From positions 34,383-98,382 of the forward strand of contig MHFR01000068.1 of the NCBI GenBank assembly GCA_001804285.1: a DNA stretch of 64,000 nt, given 5' to 3'. Source of the stretch: Candidatus Danuiimicrobium aquiferis (GTDB lineage Bacteria > Omnitrophota > Omnitrophia > Omnitrophales > Danuiimicrobiaceae). The notes beneath the pieces are model-generated. The model ran no database searches. It was not told where the DNA came from and saw only the letters and a program-made list of their open reading frames with translations. Positions 19,345 through 27,631 of the stretch are shown one piece after another (the stretch's first letter is position 1; each line of letters opens with the position of its first letter). The translations under genes and the position numbers were made by a program.

Positions 19345-19562
19345 ATGGCGTAAGGTGCTTTGAGCAAATGCCCAAAGCTTAATAGGGAAGAGAGCCATGC
19401 GACGCTGATATCGATTTTTATTTGAAGCGTTGCAAGGACTCCACGGTGCCGCCGCTGTCGGCAAGAACGAAAGCGAAAAAACCACTGTTCTGACATTGTC
19501 GGAATGGGAAGGATCGCGAGTAGGTGAAGTGCTTGCCAGTCAGAAGACCTACCTTGATACAT
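19345..19562 (+). ncRNA. Cobalamin riboswitch (cis-regulatory RNA)
   Basis: AAGGTGC...CTTAATAGGGAA, GCCGCCGCTGT, CCACTG...TGGGAAGG and B12-box GCCAGTCAGAAGACCTACC, upstream of a TonB receptor and btuFCD. Confidence 0.9.
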
Positions 19563-19606
19563 CAAAACATCTCCGAGCAGAGAACGAATAGTTGGGTTTT
19601 ATTTTT

Positions 19607-19656
19607 CCCCTTTTGTTTTGTCTCTTGTCTGGAGATGAAACGAAAGGGGTTTTTTT
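19607..19656 (+). terminator. Riboswitch expression-platform terminator that also contains the RBS
   Basis: CCCCTTTTGTTTTGTCTC-loop-GAGATGAAACGAAAGGGG followed by T7, directly before ATG 19657. Confidence 0.75.
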
Positions 19657-22014
19657 ATGTCCAGGAACGAGCTATTCCTGAATAAATGTGATTCAGTATT
19701 CCGGTTTTTTCATCAAAGTTCAGCAGTTTTGTCATCCCCGCGGAAGCGGGGATCCGGCAATTTTAGATTCCCGCTTAAAGCATGCGGGAATGACACGATT
19801 CATGTTTTCAAAATTGTTTGTTTTTTCTTGTCTCTTTTTTTAAGCGTTTCTATTTTTGCCTTCGCAAAAACAGAAACACCCAAACCAACCGTCACTCAAA
19901 CAAACCAAAACGGTGACGTCAAAAAATCCGCACAAAAACCCGTCGCCGAAGTCACCGTGATTGCGTCGCGACTGCCGAGTTTTCAACAAAAACTCAACGA
20001 TATGCCGTCCAATATCACCTATAAAGATAAAACAGAACTGAATAAAACCCATCCCGCGACATTTCAAGATGCGGTTCGCGATACGGAAGGGGCCATTTTT
20101 TATGACCAAGTTGGAAACGGAGTTGATACGACATTCAGTTTGAGAGGATTTAATGAAGGAAATGCGGTGACTTTTATAGTGGATGGTGTTCGGGTGAACG
20201 AAGTAGATGGTGATGCTGTGAATTACCCTTTAGTTTCAATGAATGATATCGAGTCAATTCAAATTGAAAGAGGTTCCTCATCAGCCATTTATGGTAGTAA
20301 TGCGTTTGCGGGAGTTGTGAATATTACCACAAGAAAGCCAAGCGCTAAGAAGATTAGTGTTTTTGGTGGAGTTGAACTGTCCAGTTTTATGGGGATCAAA
20401 TTTAATCAAGGAATAAGCGGAAGCATTCCCGATAAAATAACACCGTTAAATGGTAAATGGACATACTATTTTAATGGCGGCCGCGATCTTAATCAGGGTT
20501 TTCGAGCTGATGGTGATTGGCGAATTACAAATTTTGACATAAAAACAGGATATGAATTAGCGGACAGTCAGGGCGGGGTTCGCGTTGGAGTCAAGCATGT
20601 TGTTGATGCTATTTCAAATCCCGGTTTTTTAACGATTCCCGAATATCATGCAGATTCAATGCAAACGAAAAATCCGCTCGATGGTCGGAAGTTTGATAAT
20701 ACAATTGTGCAAATCAGTGCAGATAAGAAATTTTTGGATGACCGGATTACTGCCAGCTTGATGAATAATTGGCGATATAATTTGATCAAGTTTTATACAA
20801 CAGCGCGCACAATGGCGGATGGAGCCTTTAATCCGGACACAGATTTGACGACTACGCGTTCTCGGGCAACGGATCTGGTCTGGCAATTAGGTTACAGTGA
20901 TCGTTGGGATTGGGTCGGGAATGATACGTTACTTGGAATGGAATTTCGGGATGCTGCACAATATGATCTTGAGCAAGATGCGTTTCAAGGGATAGTGGTT
21001 GATAATAGTCCGGCCGAGACCAATCGGAACGCAAAGCCTCGTTCCGGGGCACTGTTTTGGAGACAAAACGTATCATTTTTTGACCGGATTAATTTTCATT
21101 ATGGAATGAGGCATGATTATGTATGGCTGAAGAATCAAGATAAAGTAGCACCGGTAAATAATTTCTCTAAACGATGGAACGATTCTACACTATCGACAGG
21201 TGTTGCGCTGAAACCGTGGTCATTAGCTGATTTTTTCTGGAATTATTCACAAGGTTTTCGAGCACCTGCTATTAGTGATTTAGCGCCATGGTCGGAATGG
21301 GGGGGCTCGGGTGTTTCTTACAATCTTGCGCCTGAAAAATCGGATAGTTATGAAGCAGGTACTCGGCTGAGATTACATCCTCGGGCGAATGTAAAATTGA
21401 GTTATTTTCTCATCGATATGAAAAATGAAATTGCTTACTCGCTAGGAGTCGGTGAGAATATTAATATCGGACGAACCCGTCGTTATGGGACTGAATTCCG
21501 TTTGGATACAAATCCTATTGAAGAAATGATTTTTTACGGTGTGCATACTTGGACGAATGCGTATGTGCGTGAAATAGATGATAATTTTAATCAAACCGTG
21601 GATGGCAGAACGATTGGGATGATTCCTGAACAGCAGTTCGTGTTTGGCACAACAGCAAAACCGTTCAAGAGGTTAGGAGAATATTGGGATAAGTTTGAAA
21701 TCGGTATGAACGGTACATTGACAGGGAAGCAGCATCCAGTTGGATTTGAATCGTCCACCGAAGCGAGATTGGATAGTACAAGCCATTGGATTAAAGCATA
21801 TCAGATTTGGAATTTTATCTGTCAATATGAATTCCATGGAATCCAGACATATTTCAAAATTAATAACATTTTTGATCAACGATATTATAATCGTGCTATT
21901 GCGGCGTCGAACTCAGCGTTTTCCCCCTCTTCGCTTACGCCCCCAGGGACTCATTATTTTGTTACTCCTGGAGCGCCCAGGGAATTTGTCATTGGAACGA
22001 AGTGGGAGTTTTGA
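19657..22014 (+). CDS. TonB-dependent outer-membrane receptor, probably for corrinoids (BtuB-like)
   Basis: EVTVIASR TonB-box-like segment, plug SLRG..VDGV..IESIQIERGSSSAIYGSNAFAGVVNI, C-terminal NNIFDQRY...WEF; riboswitch upstream. Confidence 0.9.
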   Translation: MSRNELFLNKCDSVFRFFHQSSAVLSSPRKRGSGNFRFPLKACGNDTIHVFKIVCFFLSLFLSVSIFAFAKTETPKPTVTQTNQNGDVKKSAQKPVAEVTVIASRLPSFQQKLNDMPSNITYKDKTELNKTHPATFQDAVRDTEGAIFYDQVGNGVDTTFSLRGFNEGNAVTFIVDGVRVNEVDGDAVNYPLVSMNDIESIQIERGSSSAIYGSNAFAGVVNITTRKPSAKKISVFGGVELSSFMGIKFNQGISGSIPDKITPLNGKWTYYFNGGRDLNQGFRADGDWRITNFDIKTGYELADSQGGVRVGVKHVVDAISNPGFLTIPEYHADSMQTKNPLDGRKFDNTIVQISADKKFLDDRITASLMNNWRYNLIKFYTTARTMADGAFNPDTDLTTTRSRATDLVWQLGYSDRWDWVGNDTLLGMEFRDAAQYDLEQDAFQGIVVDNSPAETNRNAKPRSGALFWRQNVSFFDRINFHYGMRHDYVWLKNQDKVAPVNNFSKRWNDSTLSTGVALKPWSLADFFWNYSQGFRAPAISDLAPWSEWGGSGVSYNLAPEKSDSYEAGTRLRLHPRANVKLSYFLIDMKNEIAYSLGVGENINIGRTRRYGTEFRLDTNPIEEMIFYGVHTWTNAYVREIDDNFNQTVDGRTIGMIPEQQFVFGTTAKPFKRLGEYWDKFEIGMNGTLTGKQHPVGFESSTEARLDSTSHWIKAYQIWNFICQYEFHGIQTYFKINNIFDQRYYNRAIAASNSAFSPSSLTPPGTHYFVTPGAPREFVIGTKWEF
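19730..19795. repeat. Intragenic TGTC-tagged REP/RPE-like dimer (66 bp, in frame)
   Basis: TGTCATCCCCGCGGAAGCGGGGATCC...GATTCCCGCTTAAAGCATGCGGGAATGACA, read as LSSPRKRGSGNFRFPLKACGNDT. Confidence 0.9.
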
Positions 22015-22601
22015 TGAGGAAGAATCAAATTGCTATTTTTGTGGTGATGCTTTTTGTGGCGGTATTTTTATTGGCCATGATGTTTATTCCTCTCATTTCA
22101 GCTCAGGAGGGAATTGTCGTGCCGGCGAGAATAGTTCCGGAACCGGTAGCCCAAAAAGGAAATACAGAGTTGGTGGCTGATGTCATTCCCGCAAGCCTTG
22201 GGCGGGAATCTCTGGATCTTGGATTCCCGACACCCAAGGAAAAATTGGGCCGGTCCGCCCTGTCCCGCGGGAAGACATTCGGGAATGACAGGAAAGATAG
22301 AGCTCAAACATCTTCCTTCACACTTCCTTACCTTGAATCCATCCCAAAACCGGTTCCGTACCCCCGATCGGCCATTCGCCATGAACTGGAAGGGAAAGTC
22401 GTGATGGCGCTTGAAATTCTGAAGGACGGATCAGTCGGCCGTTCGCATATGGCGAACTCTTCCGGTTTTGCCATATTGGATAAGGCGGCGATGAATGCTG
22501 TTAAAACGTGGGAATTTCATCCGGCGCTGAAAAGCGATAAACCAATTGTGGAATATATTGAAGTGCCTGTGAGTTTTGAACTGGAGGGGAATGGTTCTTA
22601 A
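22014..22601 (+). CDS. tonB: Energy transducer TonB
   Basis: N-terminal TM helix; C-terminal PYPRSAIRHELEGKV...DGSV...SSGFAILDKAAMNAVKTWEFHPA; ATG overlaps the receptor stop. Confidence 0.9.
   Translation: MRKNQIAIFVVMLFVAVFLLAMMFIPLISAQEGIVVPARIVPEPVAQKGNTELVADVIPASLGRESLDLGFPTPKEKLGRSALSRGKTFGNDRKDRAQTSSFTLPYLESIPKPVPYPRSAIRHELEGKVVMALEILKDGSVGRSHMANSSGFAILDKAAMNAVKTWEFHPALKSDKPIVEYIEVPVSFELEGNGS
22181..22290. repeat. Intragenic TGTC-tagged REP dimer with a nested two-hairpin insert
   Basis: TGTCATTCCCGCAAGCCTTGGGCGGGAATC...GGATTCCCGACA[39 bp]AAGACATTCGGGAATGACA, read as VIPASLGRES...TFGND. Confidence 0.9.
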
Positions 22602-22609
22602 ATTTAATG

Positions 22610-22679
22610 GTCATTCCCGCCTCCCTGGAAATACAGGGCTGGCCCTCGTCTTACCGAGGGAAGATTTGCGGGAATGACA
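22610..22679. repeat. REP monomer with a nested two-hairpin insert
   Basis: GTCATTCCCGCCT[CCCTGGAAATACAGGGCTGGCCCTCGTCTTACCGAGGG]AAGATTTGCGGGAATGACA. Confidence 0.85.
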
Positions 22680-22698
22680 GATAACCCATTATTCAAAT

Positions 22699-23625
22699 AT
22701 GCATTCAATCAAAGACATCATCACTCGAATCGTCAATCAAAATCCATACGACGGGATTCTTTTTTCCGGGGGATTGGATAGTTCCATTGTCGCGGCATTG
22801 AGCCCTACAGCAATCGGAATTACGGTCACTTTGGGGCGACACGCTGAAGATACGCCTTACGCTCATTTGCTCGCAAAAACAATCGGAATGAAACAGCATC
22901 GTCGGAGTGTGAGTATTGATGAAGCGATAGCGAATATTCCGAAGGTGATCAAAATTTTAAAATCATTTGACCCTGCGCTGCCGAACGATCTGGCGGCATA
23001 CTTCGGACTTGAGACGGCGAAGCAATTGGGTCTGCGTCGCGTGGCGACAGGCGATGGAAGCGATGAATTGTTTGGCGGATATTCGTTTATGGCTGAGATT
23101 AAAGATTTGAATGGCTATATCGCGCATGTCGCGAAGAAAATGCATTTCAGCTCGAATGATATCGGAAAATATTTTCATTTAAAAATTGTCCAGCCGTTTT
23201 TTGATCAGCGCGTGATCAATTGCGCATTAGCTATTCCCGCCAATCTGAAGATCAAAAAAGTTAAAGGCAAGAATTGGGGGAAATGGATTTTGCGGAAGCA
23301 ATTTTCTGATTTGTTACCGAAAAAGATTGCGTGGCAAAGCAAGCGGCCATTAGAAGTCGGATCGGGGATGACGAAGCTCCGCAATATCCTCTCGGCTCAA
23401 ATATCCGATCAGGAATTTGCTGCCAATCCTTATCCGGTAAAGTTTTTCAATAAAGAGCATTTTTATTATTACAAAGTTTATCGCAAAGTGATCGGTGAAA
23501 TTCCGAGGCCTCGATCGGGTGAAAAGAGTTGTCAGGGTTGCGGCGCAGGGATGGACAGAAACCATTTCCATTGCAAGGTGTGCGGACATGTGCTCCCGAT
23601 GTTGGAAAGGTACGGATTAAAATGA
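22699..23625 (+). CDS. Asparagine synthase-like PP-loop domain without a glutaminase domain, plus a C-terminal zinc ribbon
   Basis: SGGLDSS, TGDGSDELFGGY, PFFD, KWILR, CQGC...CKVC. Confidence 0.85.
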   Translation: MHSIKDIITRIVNQNPYDGILFSGGLDSSIVAALSPTAIGITVTLGRHAEDTPYAHLLAKTIGMKQHRRSVSIDEAIANIPKVIKILKSFDPALPNDLAAYFGLETAKQLGLRRVATGDGSDELFGGYSFMAEIKDLNGYIAHVAKKMHFSSNDIGKYFHLKIVQPFFDQRVINCALAIPANLKIKKVKGKNWGKWILRKQFSDLLPKKIAWQSKRPLEVGSGMTKLRNILSAQISDQEFAANPYPVKFFNKEHFYYYKVYRKVIGEIPRPRSGEKSCQGCGAGMDRNHFHCKVCGHVLPMLERYGLK

Positions 23626-24302
23626 AAGCATTTATTTCGTGGAGCGGGGGGAAAGATAGCGCGTTATCGTGTCATCGGGTGATGCAGAATTTAGGCATTC
23701 ACGTTACACATTTCTTAAATATGCTTACCGAAGATGGCACGCGGTCCCGCTCTCACGGCCTTGAACCGGCGTTGCTGCAATTGCAGGCAAAGGCCGCCGG
23801 AGTTGCACTTGTCCAGGGAAAAGCGGGATGGGATGATTACGAAAAAGAATTTAAAAAAGCCATTTTAGAATTAAAAAAGGAAGGCGTCGAGGCCGGTGTG
23901 TTTGGCGATATCGATCTCCAGCCGCATCGTGATTGGGTTGAAAGAGTTTGCAAAGAGACAGGAATTCGCGCGATTCTTCCGATTTGGAATGAAGGCCGGG
24001 AAAAATTGTTGGATGAATTTATCGATGCTGGATTTCGCGCGAAGATTGTTGTGGCGGATTCTAAATATTTGGATGATAGTTGGCTTGGGTGCGAGATTGA
24101 CCGCGAGTTTATCAAAAAAGCCAAAGCATACGGAAAGATCGATCTTTGCGGCGAAGGCGGCGAATATCATACGTTTGTGTGTGCCGGCCCGATTTTTGAA
24201 AAGCCAGTTGAGTTTACAGAAGAAAAAAAAGTTTTAATCGGCGGGACGCATTGGTGTTTGGCGCTTAAGGTTGGGAACGGTGCAAAAAATGGTAATTATT
24301 AG
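23622..24302 (+). CDS. DUF71/COG2102 (diphthine-ammonia-ligase-like) PP-loop ATPase
   Basis: SWSGGKDS, SRSHG, FGDI, DLCGEGGEYHTFV. Start reassigned to ATG 23622 (ATGA overlap). Confidence 0.9.
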   Translation: MKAFISWSGGKDSALSCHRVMQNLGIHVTHFLNMLTEDGTRSRSHGLEPALLQLQAKAAGVALVQGKAGWDDYEKEFKKAILELKKEGVEAGVFGDIDLQPHRDWVERVCKETGIRAILPIWNEGREKLLDEFIDAGFRAKIVVADSKYLDDSWLGCEIDREFIKKAKAYGKIDLCGEGGEYHTFVCAGPIFEKPVEFTEEKKVLIGGTHWCLALKVGNGAKNGNY

Positions 24303-24321
24303 AACGGGTTTCATAAATCTC

Positions 24322-24432
24322 TGTCATTCCCGCAAGCTTTTGGCGGGAATCTATAAACGTCTTCGTCACAATGCATTGAGAGTCGGATCCGCCTCTGGCG
24401 GAGATTCCCGACTAAAGCTTTCGGGAATGACA
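24322..24432. repeat. TGTC-tagged REP dimer with a nested TCCGCC/GGCGGA element
   Basis: TGTCATTCCCGCAAGCTTTTGGCGGGAATC...GTCGGATCCGCCTCTGGCGGA-GATTCCCGACTAAAGCTTTCGGGAATGACA. Confidence 0.9.
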
Positions 24433-24446
24433 TCTTTGGAGTTTGG

Positions 24447-25301
24447 ATGATCAGTTTTAAAAAGATACCTGTAATTACTCTTCTATTTATTGTTTCCTTC
24501 GTGCTCAGCAGGCAATTGTTCGCACAAGAAGCATATCCCAAACGCATCATTTCCCTCGGCCCTGCCATTACGGAATCACTTTATCTTCTAAATGCCGGCG
24601 ACCGGATTGTCGGGAACACGATTTATTGTGAAAGGCCGGAGGCGGCAAAGAAGAATGAAAAAATCGGAACGGTTGTCGAAATCAATTTGGAAAAAATCGT
24701 TTCGCTCGAGCCCGATTTGATTATCGCGACCTCTTTGACGAATTCTCAAGCGAAGGAAAAGTTAAAAATGCTTGGACTTCGTGTGGTTGAAATTTCACAA
24801 GCCCAAAGTTTTGGGGACCTTTGCGATAATTTTATTAGGCTTGGAGAAATTGTCGGGCAAAAACAATTAGCGGAGGAGATTACCGCCACCGCAAAGAACG
24901 AAGTGACTTCCTTGAAAGCGAAAACGGAAGCGTTGCCTAAGCCTACGGTTTTTCTACAACTTGGGATGAAACCATTGGTGACAGTGACCCAGGACTCCTT
25001 TATGAATGATTATATTGAATTTGCCGGAGGCGTGAACATTGCGAAAGGAATCGGGAGGCCGCTTTATTCAAAAGAAAAGGTGGCTGCCAGTAACCCAGAT
25101 GTGATTATTGTGGTAAGTATGGGAACCAATAATGCGGAAGAAGAGAAAAAAAACTGGGAAAGTTACCAGGAATTAAAAGCCGTTCAAAAAAAGCGTATTT
25201 ATATTATCGATTCGAATCCTCTTTGCAGTCCGACCCCCGTTAGTTTTGTGGCGGCTTTGCAAAATGTTATCCACCTTTTACATCCCGACGATGAACAATA
25301 A
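24447..25301 (+). CDS. btuF: Cobalamin ABC transporter substrate-binding protein
   Basis: Signal peptide, RIISLGPAITE, NLEKIVSLEPDLI, NPDVII. Confidence 0.85.
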   Translation: MISFKKIPVITLLFIVSFVLSRQLFAQEAYPKRIISLGPAITESLYLLNAGDRIVGNTIYCERPEAAKKNEKIGTVVEINLEKIVSLEPDLIIATSLTNSQAKEKLKMLGLRVVEISQAQSFGDLCDNFIRLGEIVGQKQLAEEITATAKNEVTSLKAKTEALPKPTVFLQLGMKPLVTVTQDSFMNDYIEFAGGVNIAKGIGRPLYSKEKVAASNPDVIIVVSMGTNNAEEEKKNWESYQELKAVQKKRIYIIDSNPLCSPTPVSFVAALQNVIHLLHPDDEQ

Positions 25302-26292
25302 AATCACCAAATGGGTTTTTTGGGTGTTGTTCCTAACAAGCATCACGATCGGTGTGGTGATCTGGTCTTTGACGGTTGGCTCTTCCGGGATTCCCGCAGG
25401 GAAAGTTTTCACCGTTTTATTCCGGGGGACGGCCGGGCCCGAATATGACATTATTTTTAATATTCGTTTGCCGCGGATCATTTTAGGATTTGCGATTGGC
25501 GGCGCATTGAGTCTTGCGGGAATCCTTTTACAGGGAATGTTCCGGAATCCGTTGGTGGAACCGTACACGTTGGGAATTTCGGGCGGGGCCGGGCTTGGTG
25601 TTTCATTGAATATTCTTTTGGGTTTCTATCAAATAGGTGTTTTGACTTTGCCTTTTTCCGGCTTTTTAGGAGCGATTGTTGTCCTGGCGATCGTCTATGT
25701 TTTGAGTTTGCGAAGAGGATCCTCGCAGCTTCAGGGTTTGCTTCTGACAGGGGTGATGATGAGCTTCGTTTGTTCGTCCGTCATGATGTTAATCATGGCG
25801 ATTTCGCGGACAGAAGATCTTCACGGGATCATTTTCTGGGTGATGGGTTCCTTGGAAGAATCGAACTGGTTGATGATTAAAATCACGCTGATTGTATCGG
25901 TCTTCTTTTTGGTGATAGCTCATTTTTTTTGTCTCGACCTGAACGCCTTGTCTTTGGGGGAAGAAGAGGCGCAGCATCTTGGTATTCATGTTGAGAGGAC
26001 GAAACGCCTCCTTTTTATTATGACGTCGCTCTTGACGGGATTTTGTGTTTCCGTCGCGGGAATTATCGGATTTGTGGGCCTCGTAGTGCCGCATTTCATC
26101 CGGGTATTTATCGGAAACGATCACCGAGTATCGCTTGTCGCTGCATTTTTAGCCGGCGGTGCTTTTTTGATTTTTTGCGACACATTGGCAAGAACGATGA
26201 TTGCTCCGCTTGAATTACCGGTGGGTGTGATTACCGGAATCATCGGCGGCGGCCTTTTTATTTATATGTTAGCGAAACGCGGGAAACGGTAA
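25291..26292 (+). CDS. btuC: Cobalamin/Fe-siderophore ABC permease (FecCD family)
   Basis: IRLPR, FRNPLVEPYTLGISGGA, LGEEEAQHLG, IGFVGLVVPH. Confidence 0.88.
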   Translation: MNNKITKWVFWVLFLTSITIGVVIWSLTVGSSGIPAGKVFTVLFRGTAGPEYDIIFNIRLPRIILGFAIGGALSLAGILLQGMFRNPLVEPYTLGISGGAGLGVSLNILLGFYQIGVLTLPFSGFLGAIVVLAIVYVLSLRRGSSQLQGLLLTGVMMSFVCSSVMMLIMAISRTEDLHGIIFWVMGSLEESNWLMIKITLIVSVFFLVIAHFFCLDLNALSLGEEEAQHLGIHVERTKRLLFIMTSLLTGFCVSVAGIIGFVGLVVPHFIRVFIGNDHRVSLVAAFLAGGAFLIFCDTLARTMIAPLELPVGVITGIIGGGLFIYMLAKRGKR

Positions 26293-26299
26293 GGGAATC

Positions 26300-27079
26300 A
26301 TGGTGCTGACGATCAATCATTTAACGTGCGGGTATGGCCGGAAAATTGTGCTTGATGATATTCATTTTTCTATTCAGAAGGGCGAATTCCTGGGAATTAT
26401 TGGGCCGAATGGCTCGGGAAAAACGACACTTCTACGATCGTTGACGAGAGTGGTTCAGCCGGTAAAAGGGGAAATTCTTTTTGAAGGGGAAGCGGTCGGG
26501 GCGATCCAACCGAAGCAGCTTGCTAAAAAAATCGCCGTGGCCTCGCAATCTTTATTTGAACCTCATATGCTTGTCGAGGATTTTGTCCTTTTAGGGAGAA
26601 TCCCGCATTATCAGAGTTTTCAATTATTAGAAACGAAAAAGGATTTTGAGGTTGCGGAAAGAGTGATGCGGTTAGCCGGCGTGAGCGATCTTCGAAATGC
26701 TTTTATGGACGAGATCAGCTCTGGAGAGAGGCAGTTAGTGGTGATTGCCCGCGCTCTCGCGCAGGAACCCAGCCTGCTTCTATTGGATGAGCCGACAGCG
26801 CATTTGGATATTACGCATCAGGTTCAAATCATGGATTTAATCAAGCGATTGAATCAAACGCTGGGCCTGACCGTGATTGTCGTTTTGCACGACCTTAATT
26901 TAGCAAGTGAGTATTGCCGCCGGCTTCTTTTAATTAAGAGCGGCCGGGTTCATAAACTCGGTGAGCCCCGGGACGTATTGAACGCTCAGACCATTGAAGA
27001 AGTTTATCGAACACGGGTGCATGTAGAAAAAAATCCGCTTTCTTCTAAACCCTATATATTGTTGACGAGCGAAGAATAA
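26300..27079 (+). CDS. btuD: Cobalamin/Fe-siderophore ABC ATPase
   Basis: GPNGSGKTT, ISSGERQ, LLLDEPT, VLHDLNLA. Confidence 0.88.
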   Translation: MVLTINHLTCGYGRKIVLDDIHFSIQKGEFLGIIGPNGSGKTTLLRSLTRVVQPVKGEILFEGEAVGAIQPKQLAKKIAVASQSLFEPHMLVEDFVLLGRIPHYQSFQLLETKKDFEVAERVMRLAGVSDLRNAFMDEISSGERQLVVIARALAQEPSLLLLDEPTAHLDITHQVQIMDLIKRLNQTLGLTVIVVLHDLNLASEYCRRLLLIKSGRVHKLGEPRDVLNAQTIEEVYRTRVHVEKNPLSSKPYILLTSEE

Positions 27080-27115
27080 AATTGGGGTACCTATTATAGC
27101 GTTCTGAAGGTGACT

Positions 27116-27204
27116 ATCGCCCTCACTCTTCCGCCAAACAGCGCGTCGGATCCGCCTCTGGCGGAAACCCTCTCCCAGAGGGAGAGGGCAGGGGTGAGGG
27201 TGAT
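27116..27204. repeat. CCCTCTCCC...GGGAGAGGG-type palindromic repeat interrupted by a 36-bp TCCGCC element
   Basis: CCCTCACTCT[TCCGCCAAACAGCGCGTCGGATCCGCCTCTGGCGGA]AACCCTCTCCCAGAGGGAGAGGG-CAGGGGTGAGGG. Confidence 0.85.
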
Positions 27205-27247
27205 TTGTTAGCCCTGATTTCTCATCGTTAATAAGAAATTCCGCTCG

Positions 27248-27395
27248 TAAGAGTTGCGGTGCAAAGATGTTTGCGTCTTTGCGTCGCAGGGCTTATCTTT
27301 TGCGCCCTGATTTAATAAGGGCGCAAAACTTTGGGCGTAACTTATTGCGCCCAAAGCGACTTTCTCGTCGATTCACAAAATCGATGAGAAAGTCG
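27248..27395. repeat. Four adjacent hairpins
   Basis: TGCGGTGCAAAGATG/CGTCTTTGCGTCGCA; TTTTGCGCCCT/AGGGCGCAAAA; CTTTGGGCGTAA/TTGCGCCCAAAG; CGACTTTCTCGTCGATT/AATCGATGAGAAAGTCG. Confidence 0.8.
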
Positions 27396-27631
27396 GGTTA
27401 GTTAGTTCAAAATACTCATATAGATACATAGTTGTTTGTGGCTTTTTCGTCCATGGATTAAAATATGCCCTCACTATTGCAATTCCTGGTTTCAGCGGGT
27501 AAACTTTGGATTGTAGAGCGAAATCGAGAGAAGATTCTTTAACGAAAGTTAAGAATCTTTATTTTTTGAACGTTGATTGAAATTGTTGATAATCGTTGAT
27601 AAAAACGCAGTAACAACCTTACTTCGCTGAT

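Noticed and set aside
23622-24302. Diphthamide biosynthesis
   Set aside because: Bacteria lack EF-2 diphthamide; the B12 context fits the salvage-associated DUF71 group.
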